DNA of 64,000 nucleotides from a virus: UHGV virus genome UHGV-0272730; one strand, 5' to 3'. Shown piece by piece: positions 1 to 10,412 of this stretch (position 1 is its first letter; each line of letters starts with the position of its first letter). The notes under the pieces were generated by a model. It saw only the letters and a program-made list of their open reading frames with translations, ran no database searches and was not told where the DNA came from. The position numbers and the translations under genes were made by a program.

Positions 1-2
1 AA

Positions 3-2195
3 GATATCCGTATTAACGCCAAAACTAAACGGGCACTTGATAATGAATATCTCAAGCTTAAGAAGTGTGGCATAGACACTTATGAAACCTACATGCGAGC
101 TAAAGAAACATCTTTCTGGATGAGTCAACAAGCTATCAATGGCTGGAAAGCTGATAAAGAGCTTATGGAGTTCCATGTAAAGGAACTTGACAAGTTGACT
201 AATGAGCTTGCTTCAGAGGTTGAACCACATCTACCTCCAACTATTAAGACTAAAGGTAAAGTCACTGGAGAAGAGTTTGCAAAAGCTTGGAATGAGTATG
301 TTGAATCGTTCGGTCATGCAGATGGACTGAAGAGAATTACCAAGTACCCTAAGACAAAGTACCGTCAGCAGGTACGTAACGGTGAGATGCAGACATATGA
401 AATCAAGCCATTTGGTAAGCCAACTACAAAGATTTTTAACATTGAAAAGAGAAATTGCTATACACCAACCAACTCTGTAACTGGTGAAGAGTACAAGGAA
501 GGCTTTGTAGCAATGAAGGATGCTCGTGCAATTTGCAATGAGTTGAATGCAAAGATTGGTAAGAAATGCAAAGACTGGAAGCCAGTAAAAACAGTCAAAA
601 CTGTGAAGTACTACAACAGTCATGTTGTTAACCACTTTGAACTTGAGTCAAGTCGCTATACAGGTTTGATTGATGCACCATATACACCAATTGAGTTCGA
701 AGTTTCTCGTATGACTCAGGTAGCAGTTGTTAAAGACTACTTGAAATCAGTTGGTTGGATTCCAGATGACTGGAACTACAAGAAAGACTCAGATGGTCGC
801 CCTGTCAAAGTTTGTCGTTTCAAAGACAACAAAAAGATGATTACAAAGCATCCTAAGTGGCAGGAGATGGTTGAACGGTGTGGCTTGAGTTATGTTGAAC
901 ATGAAGGTGTCCAGTACATTGAGCATAACTGGTCTGTGAAGAAGTACACAGATTTGCTTGAGCCTTGCTTAATCCGTACTTCACCAAAACTTACTGAATC
1001 ATCTTATGATACGATTGAAGGCGAGCTTGGACAGAAGATTGCTAAATACTATACTTTGATGCACCGACGCAGAACTATTGAGAACTCAAAGGATGACGAG
1101 AAAGGTTGGCTGAACCAGATTCGTCCAGATGGTCGCCTTAGTGCTGGTGCAATGGTGTTTGGTACTTCAACTGGACGTATGACACAATATGGTATTGTAA
1201 ACGTGCCGTCTGGTGCTGCTGTCTATGGAGCACCTATGAGGGAGGTGTGGACTTGTGAAGATGGTACAGATATCATCTCCGTAGACCAAAACTCAGCCCA
1301 GCTAGTTCTTCTTTGTAACTTTATGGGTGATGAAGACTTCACTAAAGCGGTAACTGAGGGTAAAGAGTCAGTTGAGTTCACTAAGCAAGATGATGGTAGA
1401 TACTACTGCAAGCATCTTGACAAGTATCTTAACCCAGAAACTGACAAGTATCTGCGTTATGATGCTGAGAATGACCTCTATGAAGTCTACACAGGTACTG
1501 ATGCACATACACTGAACAGTATTTACTTTGGTTTGAACAAGGAAGAAGATATTGTTCGTTGTAGGGAGACACAGGATGAGGAACTTCTTCACGAGATTAC
1601 AAAAGGCCGTAAGAAGGCTAAGAATGGTATCTACGCCCTGTTATTTGGAGCCGGAGACGAGAAGTTTGCAAAAACTATCAAGGCATCATCTACGGAAGAA
1701 GGTGCATTGACTAAACAAACTTACTTTGTGCGTCTGCCTAAGATTAAAAAGCTTCTGGACAGGTTAGAGGAAGACTTCAAAGCAACTAAGAAAGCACTTG
1801 AAGAGGTTTTCGGAAAAACTTCTGCAATTGCCAAAGGTGGTTATATCAAAGTTGCTGGAGCGTGGTTATGGTGTAAATCTCCACATAAGTTATTGAATTA
1901 CACACTTATGGGCAGTGAGGCGCAGGTGCAGAATGAGGGTATTAACTTGGCTAACAGAGAGTTAACAGAGCGCAAGCTTACAGTTCTAAATGGTAGGAAG
2001 CCCGCTATTGGTGCTAGGTGGGTCTGTAGTTACCACGATGAGGTCTCTTTAGAGGTTCCAACCAAAGATGTACCTGATGTTAAGGAAATTATTGATAGAA
2101 TGTATGGTCAAGCATCAAAAAATCTTGGGTTAAAGAGTAAGACGCTTGTTACAGGCACTGGTAAGGTAGGTAAGACATGGTACGCCGTACACTAA
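3..2195 (+). CDS. DNA polymerase, family A (5'-truncated by window edge)
   Basis: Frame is open from nt 3 to first ATG at 93 with no stop; motif-B-like RKKAKNGIYALLFGAG and motif-C-like SYHDEV; motif-A-like SVDQNSAQL. Confidence 0.8.
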   Translation, partial: DIRINAKTKRALDNEYLKLKKCGIDTYETYMRAKETSFWMSQQAINGWKADKELMEFHVKELDKLTNELASEVEPHLPPTIKTKGKVTGEEFAKAWNEYVESFGHADGLKRITKYPKTKYRQQVRNGEMQTYEIKPFGKPTTKIFNIEKRNCYTPTNSVTGEEYKEGFVAMKDARAICNELNAKIGKKCKDWKPVKTVKTVKYYNSHVVNHFELESSRYTGLIDAPYTPIEFEVSRMTQVAVVKDYLKSVGWIPDDWNYKKDSDGRPVKVCRFKDNKKMITKHPKWQEMVERCGLSYVEHEGVQYIEHNWSVKKYTDLLEPCLIRTSPKLTESSYDTIEGELGQKIAKYYTLMHRRRTIENSKDDEKGWLNQIRPDGRLSAGAMVFGTSTGRMTQYGIVNVPSGAAVYGAPMREVWTCEDGTDIISVDQNSAQLVLLCNFMGDEDFTKAVTEGKESVEFTKQDDGRYYCKHLDKYLNPETDKYLRYDAENDLYEVYTGTDAHTLNSIYFGLNKEEDIVRCRETQDEELLHEITKGRKKAKNGIYALLFGAGDEKFAKTIKASSTEEGALTKQTYFVRLPKIKKLLDRLEEDFKATKKALEEVFGKTSAIAKGGYIKVAGAWLWCKSPHKLLNYTLMGSEAQVQNEGINLANRELTERKLTVLNGRKPAIGARWVCSYHDEVSLEVPTKDVPDVKEIIDRMYGQASKNLGLKSKTLVTGTGKVGKTWYAVH

Positions 2196-2680
2196 CACTT
2201 CAAGATTACAAGGATAATTTTATTTACGACCCCGACAAAGGGGTCTTCTACAACAAGTATGACAGGAATAGACAAGCTAAAGCTGGGCAGATTGCAGGAG
2301 GTGCTGATGCTTACGGTTACAAAGTACTTAAATTCAAAGATGTCGTAATAAAAATTCATCACCTCGTTTGGTGGTTCGAACATGGTTACAAACCCACTAA
2401 GATGATAGACCACATTGATGGTAACAGAAGTAATAATCACATTTCTAATCTTAGGGAGACTGATAAATACGGAAATGCACAAAATAGAATAAAGCAGACG
2501 ACTAATAAATCAGGTTACAAGGGTGTACATTACTTTAAAGACTGTAATAAGTGGAGGGCAGCTATAACATGCAGAGGTAAAAGGACATCACTTGGTTTAT
2601 TTGACACCCCTGAAGAAGCCCATAAAGCTTACTGTGAAGCTGCTATGAAACTCCACGGAGAGTTTGCAAAACTAAGTTGA
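2177..2680 (+). CDS. HNH-AP2 homing endonuclease
   Basis: HNH motif HHLVWWFEHGYKP...DHIDGNRSNNHISNL followed by AP2-type DNA-binding segment YKGVHY...KWRAAI...LGLFDTPEEAHKAY; overlaps the 3' end of the polymerase ORF. Confidence 0.8.
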   Translation: MVRRTLTLQDYKDNFIYDPDKGVFYNKYDRNRQAKAGQIAGGADAYGYKVLKFKDVVIKIHHLVWWFEHGYKPTKMIDHIDGNRSNNHISNLRETDKYGNAQNRIKQTTNKSGYKGVHYFKDCNKWRAAITCRGKRTSLGLFDTPEEAHKAYCEAAMKLHGEFAKLS

Positions 2681-2731
2681 CAAGGTGCTCATGGAAGAGT
2701 ACCTTATACTATATCTTATATAGGAGGGCTT

Positions 2732-2941
2732 ATGAGCCATCGTGGAAGAACCCATGCAGCGATGATGAAAGGTGCTTCAAAGGAAACTATCAAAAATCGT
2801 AAGCAGAAGTTGTTTGAGAGAATGAACAGGTTAATTGACAATTCATCTCTTTCAGGTTCTGAGAAGGTTTTCTTGAAAGGTAATCTGAAAAGCATTGCAC
2901 AAGAACTTATTGACATTGAGTATTGGAGACATCAAAAATGA
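2732..2941 (+). CDS. hypothetical protein (69 aa, basic)
   Basis: ORF in co-directional block; no recognisable motif. Confidence 0.45.
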   Translation: MSHRGRTHAAMMKGASKETIKNRKQKLFERMNRLIDNSSLSGSEKVFLKGNLKSIAQELIDIEYWRHQK

Positions 2942-3156
2942 CACTTGCAGACGTTATTCAGCAACTTCATGATAACTGCTATACTCCAGAGCTGATTCAG
3001 GAGATGTGCATTGTAGTCATGCCTAGTAGGTTCGTAAAAACCTTTAACAGTGACACTTTAAGGTCTGCACACATTCTTATTGTTGAAGGTAAGATTGCAA
3101 AAGACCGTACTGGAGTACTCAAAGGTGAGCGTATTGATATTCTGGAGTTGCTATGA
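2923..3156 (+). CDS. hypothetical protein (77 aa)
   Basis: ORF overlapping the stop of the upstream gene; no motif. Confidence 0.45.
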   Translation: METSKMTLADVIQQLHDNCYTPELIQEMCIVVMPSRFVKTFNSDTLRSAHILIVEGKIAKDRTGVLKGERIDILELL

Positions 3157-3288
3157 AGAAAATGTACAGTCTCTGGGGAAGGGTTGGTAAAGGTTTTGAC
3201 TGGACACTTCTTCGTTCAAACGTTAAACGTAGTGAATTACCAGAACTCATCACTCACTATTTAAAAACATACAGAGAGGTAGACTATC

Positions 3289-3546
3289 GTGAACAATAAG
3301 GTTGAGAGTTGTGTGAAAGCAATGGTTGCACTTGGAGTAATTTTTCTATCTGGCTGCAACCCTTCTTATGAAGATAAAAATGCTTCTTACAGTCTCCCAC
3401 CAGAGATGCAAGATTGCAGAGTATACAAGTTACATGGTGATGCTATAAGCAGGGATATTGTTGTTGTCAGATGCCCAAACTCTCAAACAACAACATCTTA
3501 TAGCTATGGCAAAAATGGTCAATCACATACTACGGTTATTGAGTGA
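3289..3546 (+). CDS. putative lipoprotein (85 aa)
   Basis: GTG start preceded by GAGAGG; N-terminal signal sequence ending in lipobox LSGC. Confidence 0.55.
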   Translation: MNNKVESCVKAMVALGVIFLSGCNPSYEDKNASYSLPPEMQDCRVYKLHGDAISRDIVVVRCPNSQTTTSYSYGKNGQSHTTVIE

Positions 3547-3556
3547 GGTTTTCACG

Positions 3557-3763
3557 ATGGAAGTATTAGTAAACTATATCTACCGTTATGATACTGTTCA
3601 CTCCACTACAACGGTAGCCCAACGTAACCCAATCGTCCCACGGGAAGGTGAGTTGGTTAGAATCGAGGGTTGGACTTACACTGTGGAAAGCATCATTCAT
3701 AAGTTTGATGTTGCTGGCGATGTTCAAGTTATCGACGTAGAAATTGGTGGTAAGAGAAAATGA
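3557..3763 (+). CDS. hypothetical protein (start refined to ATG 3557)
   Basis: Track ORF 3458-3763 overlaps the lipoprotein gene; in-frame ATG at 3557 follows a GAGG and the upstream stop. Confidence 0.4.
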   Translation: MEVLVNYIYRYDTVHSTTTVAQRNPIVPREGELVRIEGWTYTVESIIHKFDVAGDVQVIDVEIGGKRK

Positions 3764-3969
3764 CTGTAGAAGATAAATTTAAGAACGCAGTTCTTACAGA
3801 AGATGGTAAGCTTGAAACATTCATTCTTCGTGTTGATGGTAAGCTATTCCGGTGTCGTTGTGGGTCAAACTGTTTCCATAAACCAGATAAAAATGACTTA
3901 GAGCTTTACGCATGTAATGCTTGTTATACTTGGTATCACTCAGAGGTTAAAAATGACAATACTGTATAA
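3760..3969 (+). CDS. Cys-rich small protein (putative zinc-binding)
   Basis: CxC...CxxC...CxxC pattern (FRCRCGSNC...CNAC); start overlaps upstream stop. Confidence 0.5.
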   Translation: MTVEDKFKNAVLTEDGKLETFILRVDGKLFRCRCGSNCFHKPDKNDLELYACNACYTWYHSEVKNDNTV

Positions 3970-5053
3970 ACAAAATAAAGATGGCTCTTTTAACGTCTGG
4001 TCATGTGTCGCTGTAGGTGACAAAGTTATTACAACCTATGGTAAAGAAAATGGCAAGATGATGTTTGAAGAGTATACAGCAGAACCTAAAAACATCGGTA
4101 AAAAGAATGAGCGTAACGCTGAACAGCAAGCTCTCTTTGAAGTTGCTGCTAAGTATAAAAAGCAAGTTGACCGTAAAGGTTATGCTTACACAAAAGAGTC
4201 TGCACAGAATACTGAAAAGGTAGGTGTACAGCTTGCTCATGATGCTGCAAAGGTTAGTCACGCAAAGTATCTGAAGTTCCCTGCTGATGCTCAACCGAAA
4301 CTTGATGGTGTCCGTTGTAGGATTTCAAGAGATGCTGATTTAGTTAACTTCACGGCTTATTCTCGTGAGAATACTATTTACAACGTCCCAGAAGAACTAA
4401 TCCCAGATTTGCTTTTGTTGCTTAAATTGCATCCACAAGTAGAAGACTTTGATGGTGAGATTTATGCTCATGGTTGGGACTTAGAAGATATTGTGTCTAT
4501 GATTAAGAATGCTGACAATCCAGACCGACATCTACTCCAGTTCTACTGGTACGATATCTGTGACAGCACTAAGACGTGGCCTGAGCGTAGAGATATTATT
4601 GAGACTTCACCTATTGTTGAGCTTGGGGATACCTGTAGAGTGGTTCCTGTACAGACTATCCGTGTAAATTCTTGGGAAGAGTTTGATGAAGCTCATGATA
4701 AGTGGGTTGAGGCTAAGTTTGAAGGTGCAATGTACCGTTCAATCTCTGAAGACTCATTCTATGAGTGTTGTCACCGTTCATACTTCTTGATTAAGCACAA
4801 GAAGATGCACACTGAAGAGTTTAAAGTAACTGGTGTAAAGACTGATAAACGTGGTCATGGTAAGTTCGTCGTAGAGACTCTTCCTAACGTCTTTGTAGAT
4901 GTCTCATGGAAGACTACTCATGAGAAGAAACAGTATCTTGCTGAACATCCTGAAGAGTTTATCGGGAAACCTTTAACTGTTCAGTTCCAGAAGATGACTC
5001 GTAAGGGTTCTTTACAGTTCCCTGTTGGGTTAGTTATTAGGGATTATGAATAA
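3953..5053 (+). CDS. ATP-dependent DNA ligase
   Basis: Adenylation motif I KLDGVRC; size about 366 aa; GAGG 5 nt upstream of ATG 3953 (track ORF begins at 3917). Confidence 0.8.
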   Translation: MTILYKQNKDGSFNVWSCVAVGDKVITTYGKENGKMMFEEYTAEPKNIGKKNERNAEQQALFEVAAKYKKQVDRKGYAYTKESAQNTEKVGVQLAHDAAKVSHAKYLKFPADAQPKLDGVRCRISRDADLVNFTAYSRENTIYNVPEELIPDLLLLLKLHPQVEDFDGEIYAHGWDLEDIVSMIKNADNPDRHLLQFYWYDICDSTKTWPERRDIIETSPIVELGDTCRVVPVQTIRVNSWEEFDEAHDKWVEAKFEGAMYRSISEDSFYECCHRSYFLIKHKKMHTEEFKVTGVKTDKRGHGKFVVETLPNVFVDVSWKTTHEKKQYLAEHPEEFIGKPLTVQFQKMTRKGSLQFPVGLVIRDYE

Positions 5054-5059
5054 AAGTTG

Positions 5060-5087
5060 TTGACATAGAAAATTTGGTGAGTATACT
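5060..5087 (+). promoter_or_regulatory. sigma70-like promoter (TTGACA-16 nt-TATACT)
   Basis: Consensus -35 at 5060-5065 and near-consensus -10 at 5082-5087, directly after the ligase stop. Confidence 0.55.
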
Positions 5088-5123
5088 GAGCAGCATAAAC
5101 CGACGGGTACTCACCAGCATCAC

Positions 5124-5400
5124 TTAAGAGTCTTTTAAAAGGGTTTTTAAGTGATGTCTGGTAAAGTATGGTTCTGTCCGGTAATGCGATGTATGCTATG
5201 GTTTGGTGTGGGTAGTTAGTCTCAGCTACATTAAAATGAGACTTACCTTTTTAAAAGGTCTTTAAGAGGGTCTTTTAATGAGGTGGGGTCTGGTTTGGTA
5301 TGGTAATGCGAGGTATGGGTCAGGTGGGGTGAGGTGTAGTTAGGTCTGGTATGGGTGGATGGTAGTAGCCACATTAAAAATCTACCAAGTTTCTAAAGAG
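5124..5400. repeat. GT-rich repeat block A (two tandem modules, about 120-155 nt each)
   Basis: Each module has a near-palindromic AT-rich head (CTTAAGAGTCTTTTAAAAGGG / CCTTTTTAAAAGGTC) and a body with GGT spaced every 5 nt; homologous to block B. Confidence 0.8.
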
Positions 5401-5444
5401 TCTTCTGTTGAGGGTTCTTTACAAACAACTTAACAATCAACTAA

Positions 5445-6050
<606 letters not shown>

Positions 6051-6052
6051 TT

Positions 6053-6493
6053 ATGAATACAAAAGCATTAGCAGCAAAGTTTAGTTACGGTGACACTGTA
6101 TCACACTCTGAGATGGATACCTTCTTAGGTATTGTGAAGCCAACTTATCAAGGTGACATTGTTAAGTACGAAGATGAAATGAAGGCTTATGCGCTTACAC
6201 GTCTAAACCGACTTGAGAAATTTATTGAGAAGCTTCTTAAAGAAGAGAAGATTTATCTGGTTGCTTCAATGGGTGTTGGTTATCGTGTGGTTGAGCCTAA
6301 ACATCAAGCAACTATTGCAAAACGCAAAATGTCTGGTAAGATTGGTCGAGCTTTAAAGCAAGCCACTCAAGCGATTGAGAATGTGAACACTATGGCACTT
6401 AGTCATCAAGAACGTTCACGACTGATTGAACAGCAAAATCACTTAGCTGCTATGAAAGCTAATATTAACAAGCAACGCAGAAAACCTTTCTAA
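6053..6493 (+). CDS. hypothetical protein (146 aa)
   Basis: ORF 2 nt after the upstream stop; followed by a terminator. Confidence 0.6.
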   Translation: MNTKALAAKFSYGDTVSHSEMDTFLGIVKPTYQGDIVKYEDEMKAYALTRLNRLEKFIEKLLKEEKIYLVASMGVGYRVVEPKHQATIAKRKMSGKIGRALKQATQAIENVNTMALSHQERSRLIEQQNHLAAMKANINKQRRKPF

Positions 6494-6503
6494 GTTGACT
6501 AGG

Positions 6504-6528
6504 TAGCCTCTTCGGAGGCTCCTTTTTA
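6504..6528 (+). terminator. rho-independent terminator
   Basis: AGCCTC-TTCG-GAGGCT hairpin followed by CCTTTTT. Confidence 0.65.
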
Positions 6529-6800
6529 AAAGGTCTTTAAAGAGGGTCTTTTAATAAGGTAAGGCACGGTTATGTCAGGTATGGTACGGTACGGTTAGGT
6601 AAGGTGAGGCGGAGTAAGGTATGGGTAGTTAATCGGAGCTACATTAAAATTCGATTACATCACTTAAGAGTCTTTTAAGAGGGTTTTTAAGTGAGGTGTG
6701 GCACGGTAATGTTAGGTAGGGTCAGGTCAGGTCAGGTGAGGTAAGGTAAGGTGATGTATGGAAGGATGGCAGTAGCCTTATAAAAAATCTGCCAAATAAG
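6526..6800. repeat. GT-rich repeat block B (two tandem modules, order reversed relative to block A)
   Basis: Heads nearly identical to block A heads; body contains AGGTC AGGTC AGGTC AGGTG AGGTA AGGTA AGGTG (about 6715-6755). Confidence 0.8.
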
Positions 6801-6812
6801 CTATAAAATCTG

Positions 6813-6847
6813 TTGACAAGTCAGGTGTTATAGCTTATTTTTATACT
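6813..6847 (+). promoter_or_regulatory. candidate sigma70-like promoter (TTGACA ... TATTTT/TATACT)
   Basis: Perfect -35 at 6813-6818; -10 choice ambiguous (17 nt spacer gives TATTTT, 23 nt gives TATACT). Confidence 0.35.
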
Positions 6848-6885
6848 CAATGTAATACAAAATTTAATATAACTTTGAGGTCATT

Positions 6886-7269
6886 ATGAAAAAGATTTTA
6901 TTAGCTGCTGCAATGGTTATGGCAATGAATTTACCAGTCAATGCAACAGAACTTCCAAATGTGGACTTATCAGGTGTTCCAGAAGACACTTGCCAGATTG
7001 TTAAAGGTGTTGCCCTATCTAAAGGTGAACTACTTAAACCAATCTCTGAAGAGTCTTTAACAGAGATGACTGATAAGGTAACTGACTATCAGTATCGTGT
7101 TCTTGCAGAGTATTTCCTGCAATCTGCAAATATTAAAGAGAAGCACCCTGATGATATTGATGTACAGGCTATGCTCAATCATCGTATCCAGTTTAAAGAA
7201 GATTTGATGCAAAAAGCTATGTATGGTGTTGAGTATTTCTTAGAAAACAGAAGCTGCACAGGTATTTGA
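6886..7269 (+). CDS. secreted/periplasmic protein with signal peptide (127 aa)
   Basis: N-terminus MKKILLAAAMVMAMNLPVNA typical of a Sec signal peptide; GAGG 7 nt upstream. Confidence 0.6.
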   Translation: MKKILLAAAMVMAMNLPVNATELPNVDLSGVPEDTCQIVKGVALSKGELLKPISEESLTEMTDKVTDYQYRVLAEYFLQSANIKEKHPDDIDVQAMLNHRIQFKEDLMQKAMYGVEYFLENRSCTGI

Positions 7270-7270
7270 T

Positions 7271-7483
7271 ATGGCTCTTAAAAAGTTACATCCCAGAAGC
7301 GGTTATGGTAAGATAATTGACGATACAGACGGCTTTACAGTCTTTACAGTCATCTGTCAGGATGATTCACAGATTGAAAAGGCTCTTGATGATTATCTTA
7401 ATGATGAACGTGAAAAGGTCAGAGCTACAAACATAGACTCATTGATTGATACTTCACGTAAACGGAAGAAGAAAGATGAATGA
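7271..7483 (+). CDS. hypothetical protein (70 aa)
   Basis: ORF 1 nt after the upstream stop. Confidence 0.45.
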   Translation: MALKKLHPRSGYGKIIDDTDGFTVFTVICQDDSQIEKALDDYLNDEREKVRATNIDSLIDTSRKRKKKDE

Positions 7484-7775
7484 GGTTTTTGACCCTTATG
7501 CTCCACAAGATGATTGGGAGGCTGATAGAGAGGCTGAAATGGAGAGTTATATTTGTCCAATGGATGTAGACGAAATGAGAGACTTCGTTGCACATCGTTT
7601 TAAGAGAGAGATTAAATCTAGAGGTCTTTCTCAAGAGCAAGTCGCTAAAATTTGTGGCATCTCTCAAGCTCGTGTATCCAACATAATCCACCTCACTGGG
7701 AATGTCTCTCTTGAGTATATGTTGGAAGTATGTGAAAAATTTGGTGTTAATTTTAATTTAAGGTTGGCAGATTAA
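7476..7775 (+). CDS. HTH (XRE/Cro-like) DNA-binding protein
   Basis: Helix-turn-helix segment LSQEQVAKICGISQARVSNI; ATG at 7476 preferred over track start 7446. Confidence 0.6.
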   Translation: MNEVFDPYAPQDDWEADREAEMESYICPMDVDEMRDFVAHRFKREIKSRGLSQEQVAKICGISQARVSNIIHLTGNVSLEYMLEVCEKFGVNFNLRLAD

Positions 7776-7776
7776 T

Positions 7777-8136
7777 ATGAAACGTGAAAACATTATCCAC
7801 TCTGAAAACTTTGCATTAGGCTTTTATGGTGTACCTACTCACCTTGAAAAGTATTATGGTGTGAAGATTCTCTCCAATCTCATTATGGCTTACAAAGATG
7901 GTAAGATTAAGCATACTGAGAAGAAACGTGTCATGGGCTATATGGCTGTAGGTTCAGCAATCTCAAACATTAAGCTGGAAACAACTAGCAGCCAGATTGT
8001 AAAAGACCACTTCATCAAAGAGCTTTACCACAACCTTGATGGTGTAGATGTTCAGGCTGTTTGGCTGGATGTTGATGGTCATAACTACACAAGTTTTGTT
8101 TTCAAAAATGATGACATTAAGTGCTTGTTCCCATAA
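7777..8136 (+). CDS. hypothetical protein (119 aa)
   Basis: ORF in operon context. Confidence 0.5.
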   Translation: MKRENIIHSENFALGFYGVPTHLEKYYGVKILSNLIMAYKDGKIKHTEKKRVMGYMAVGSAISNIKLETTSSQIVKDHFIKELYHNLDGVDVQAVWLDVDGHNYTSFVFKNDDIKCLFP

Positions 8137-8149
8137 TAGGTGATTAACT

Positions 8150-8665
8150 ATGATTGATATCTACTTACAAGATGCTCATGCAGATTTCCTTAAAGAAATG
8201 CTTAAAAAGTTTATGGCTTCACAGTATGAGAATGAAGCATCTTTTAAAATAGTTACATGTGGCGACGAAGCTGGTTTTGTTGAGATTGAACATGAAGGTA
8301 CTGGAAAGACTGTTTGTAAGCTACCTGATAGCATGTTCTCTAAAACGTTCTTAACAAAGACTAGTATAAATGTTAAGCTTGTGCCTCAGATTGAAACATA
8401 CTCTGGTACAGATTACCCTAAAGGTTTCAAGTCACTAATGAAGTACTTCTTAGATGACTTTGTGGGTAATCTTCTGAGGGAGGTAAAAGAAAGTCGTACA
8501 GTGTTGACTGTAGAGAACATGGGAGGAACTATCAGGGTTACTTCTGACTGTTTTGTTATGAGCCTCTTCGACTTCGTTCCTAAGAATTTTGATGGTATTC
8601 TGGATGAAGAAGATGACTGTGTAGACTTTATATTGGTTCTTGAGCCAGTTTTTGAGGTTAAATAA
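8150..8665 (+). CDS. hypothetical acidic protein (171 aa)
   Basis: ORF in operon context. Confidence 0.5.
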   Translation: MIDIYLQDAHADFLKEMLKKFMASQYENEASFKIVTCGDEAGFVEIEHEGTGKTVCKLPDSMFSKTFLTKTSINVKLVPQIETYSGTDYPKGFKSLMKYFLDDFVGNLLREVKESRTVLTVENMGGTIRVTSDCFVMSLFDFVPKNFDGILDEEDDCVDFILVLEPVFEVK

Positions 8666-8926
8666 ATGAAAATTGAACACTGCTATGAGTCTGACGGAGC
8701 ACCTATCCGTTGTCCACATTGTGGATGTACAGACTTACAAGGTGAGGTGAGTGAAATAGTCAACGGTCATATTGCTGAAGAGAGTACAAGATGTACAGGG
8801 TGTAGTGAAATTATTGCTTTCTGGGCTTACGGTTCATACCAACCTACACCACACTTAATCTACCATAGCAATAAAGCTGTGAAGAATGTTATCAACTGGT
8901 TCATTAAGAAAGGATTTACAAAATGA
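8666..8926 (+). CDS. zinc-ribbon small protein (86 aa)
   Basis: CPHCGC ... CTGC cysteine pairs. Confidence 0.5.
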   Translation: MKIEHCYESDGAPIRCPHCGCTDLQGEVSEIVNGHIAEESTRCTGCSEIIAFWAYGSYQPTPHLIYHSNKAVKNVINWFIKKGFTK

Positions 8927-9468
8927 TTAAATTAATCTTTGCAAGTGGTGAAAATGGTGAATTTGGTACACCGACTGGTATGCCGTGGCCTCGACATAAG
9001 CAAGATATGCAAGAGTTTAAGAGACTCACTAAAAATAACTTAGTAGTGATGGGTAATGAGACTTTTAAGACTCTGGGTAGTAAGCCTTTACCAGAACGTG
9101 AAAACCTTATCTTAACAAACTCTGTGCCATATTTTGGTATAGACTTTGGTAAAGAAGATGTAATGTATGCTAAGGCCAGCAAAGAGTCCTTTGGAGCATT
9201 TTTGAAGTACCTTGATAGCTCTATTGATGAAGATATCTTTATAATTGGTGGTGCAGGTGTTCTTGTCAATGCTTTGCCGTATGCTGGTGTAGTTTTCCAT
9301 ACAGTTTTCCATAAGGTTACTGAAGAGGCCACTGTATATTTACCTTTTGAAAACTTCTTTGAGAAGCTGTATGATAGCCGTGTATTTGCAAAGGTGCAGT
9401 CAAGACCCTCAGATGATGGTAAAGCAACCTTTGAAATTTATGTTCCACAAGTAAAAGGACACTTTTGA
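8923..9468 (+). CDS. frd: dihydrofolate reductase
   Basis: N-terminal pattern IFA...MPWP...F...T....VVMG..TF..LG.KPLP.R.N.IL matches DHFR family. Confidence 0.85.
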   Translation: MIKLIFASGENGEFGTPTGMPWPRHKQDMQEFKRLTKNNLVVMGNETFKTLGSKPLPERENLILTNSVPYFGIDFGKEDVMYAKASKESFGAFLKYLDSSIDEDIFIIGGAGVLVNALPYAGVVFHTVFHKVTEEATVYLPFENFFEKLYDSRVFAKVQSRPSDDGKATFEIYVPQVKGHF

Positions 9469-9469
9469 T

Positions 9470-10369
9470 ATGTCACAAGCAGATTCAAGTTACAAAAATA
9501 TCCTGAACCATGTTTTAGCCGTTGGTGAACTGCGTACTACACGAACTGGAGATGTTATCTCTGCATTTGCTCCACCACAGTTTCGTTTTGATATGCGTAC
9601 TGGTTTCCCACTCTTAACATCTAAACAGGTGTTTACACGGCAAGTCATTGGGGAAGCTTTATGGTTCCTGAATGGTGAGAATAAACTTGGTGAACTCCGT
9701 TATCGCACTTGGGGTGAAAATGATGGAGAACGTTGGACTATCTGGTCAGATGATTTTAAACGTTGGTTAAGCTCTAACTATTCTTCTGAGCAAGACTGGT
9801 TAGAAGATGCAGGTGGGAGAATCTACGGGGTTCAGTGGAGAAACTTTGAAGGTTATAATGGTTGTGTTGTAGACCAGTTAGAAACCTTAGTAACGAAGAT
9901 GAAAGGTGATATCACAGACCGTTACATGCTTGTTAATGCTTGGAATGCAGCAGATATTGCAGCAAACTCGATGGCTTTAGCACCTTGTCATGTTCTGTTT
10001 CAGATTTATATCACCAACGAGGGTGAAGTTGACTTACAATGGTATCAGCGTTCTGTAGACACCTTTTTAGGACTTCCATTTAACATTGCGTCTTATGGCT
10101 TCATCTTAGAAGTTCTTTGCAAGATGACTGGATACACTCCACGGTACTTGATAGGTGTCTTTGGAGATACTCAGATTTATCAGAACCATATGAAGCAGGT
10201 TTATGAACTGATGAACAATGAAGAGTTCCATGCACCTACTTTTGAGATTGGTGTACAGCTTAACACTTTAAGTGACTTAAAACATCTTACTGCAAGTGAC
10301 TTTATTGGTGGAATTAACAACTACCAACATGCAGGGAAGATTGAAGCACCTCTGTCAGTAGGCAAGTAA
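9470..10369 (+). CDS. td: thymidylate synthase
   Basis: Active-site region LAPCHVLFQIY and GLPFNIASYGFIL...DTQIYQNH; follows DHFR as in the T4 frd-td arrangement. Confidence 0.85.
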   Translation: MSQADSSYKNILNHVLAVGELRTTRTGDVISAFAPPQFRFDMRTGFPLLTSKQVFTRQVIGEALWFLNGENKLGELRYRTWGENDGERWTIWSDDFKRWLSSNYSSEQDWLEDAGGRIYGVQWRNFEGYNGCVVDQLETLVTKMKGDITDRYMLVNAWNAADIAANSMALAPCHVLFQIYITNEGEVDLQWYQRSVDTFLGLPFNIASYGFILEVLCKMTGYTPRYLIGVFGDTQIYQNHMKQVYELMNNEEFHAPTFEIGVQLNTLSDLKHLTASDFIGGINNYQHAGKIEAPLSVGK

Positions 10370-10376
10370 AACAAAA

Positions 10377-10412
10377 AAGGCTCCCGTAAAAAGGAGCCTT
10401 AAACTTTATTTT
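10377..10412. terminator. bidirectional rho-independent terminator
   Basis: AAGGCTCC...GGAGCCTT hairpin with U-runs on both strands, between convergent genes. Confidence 0.65.
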
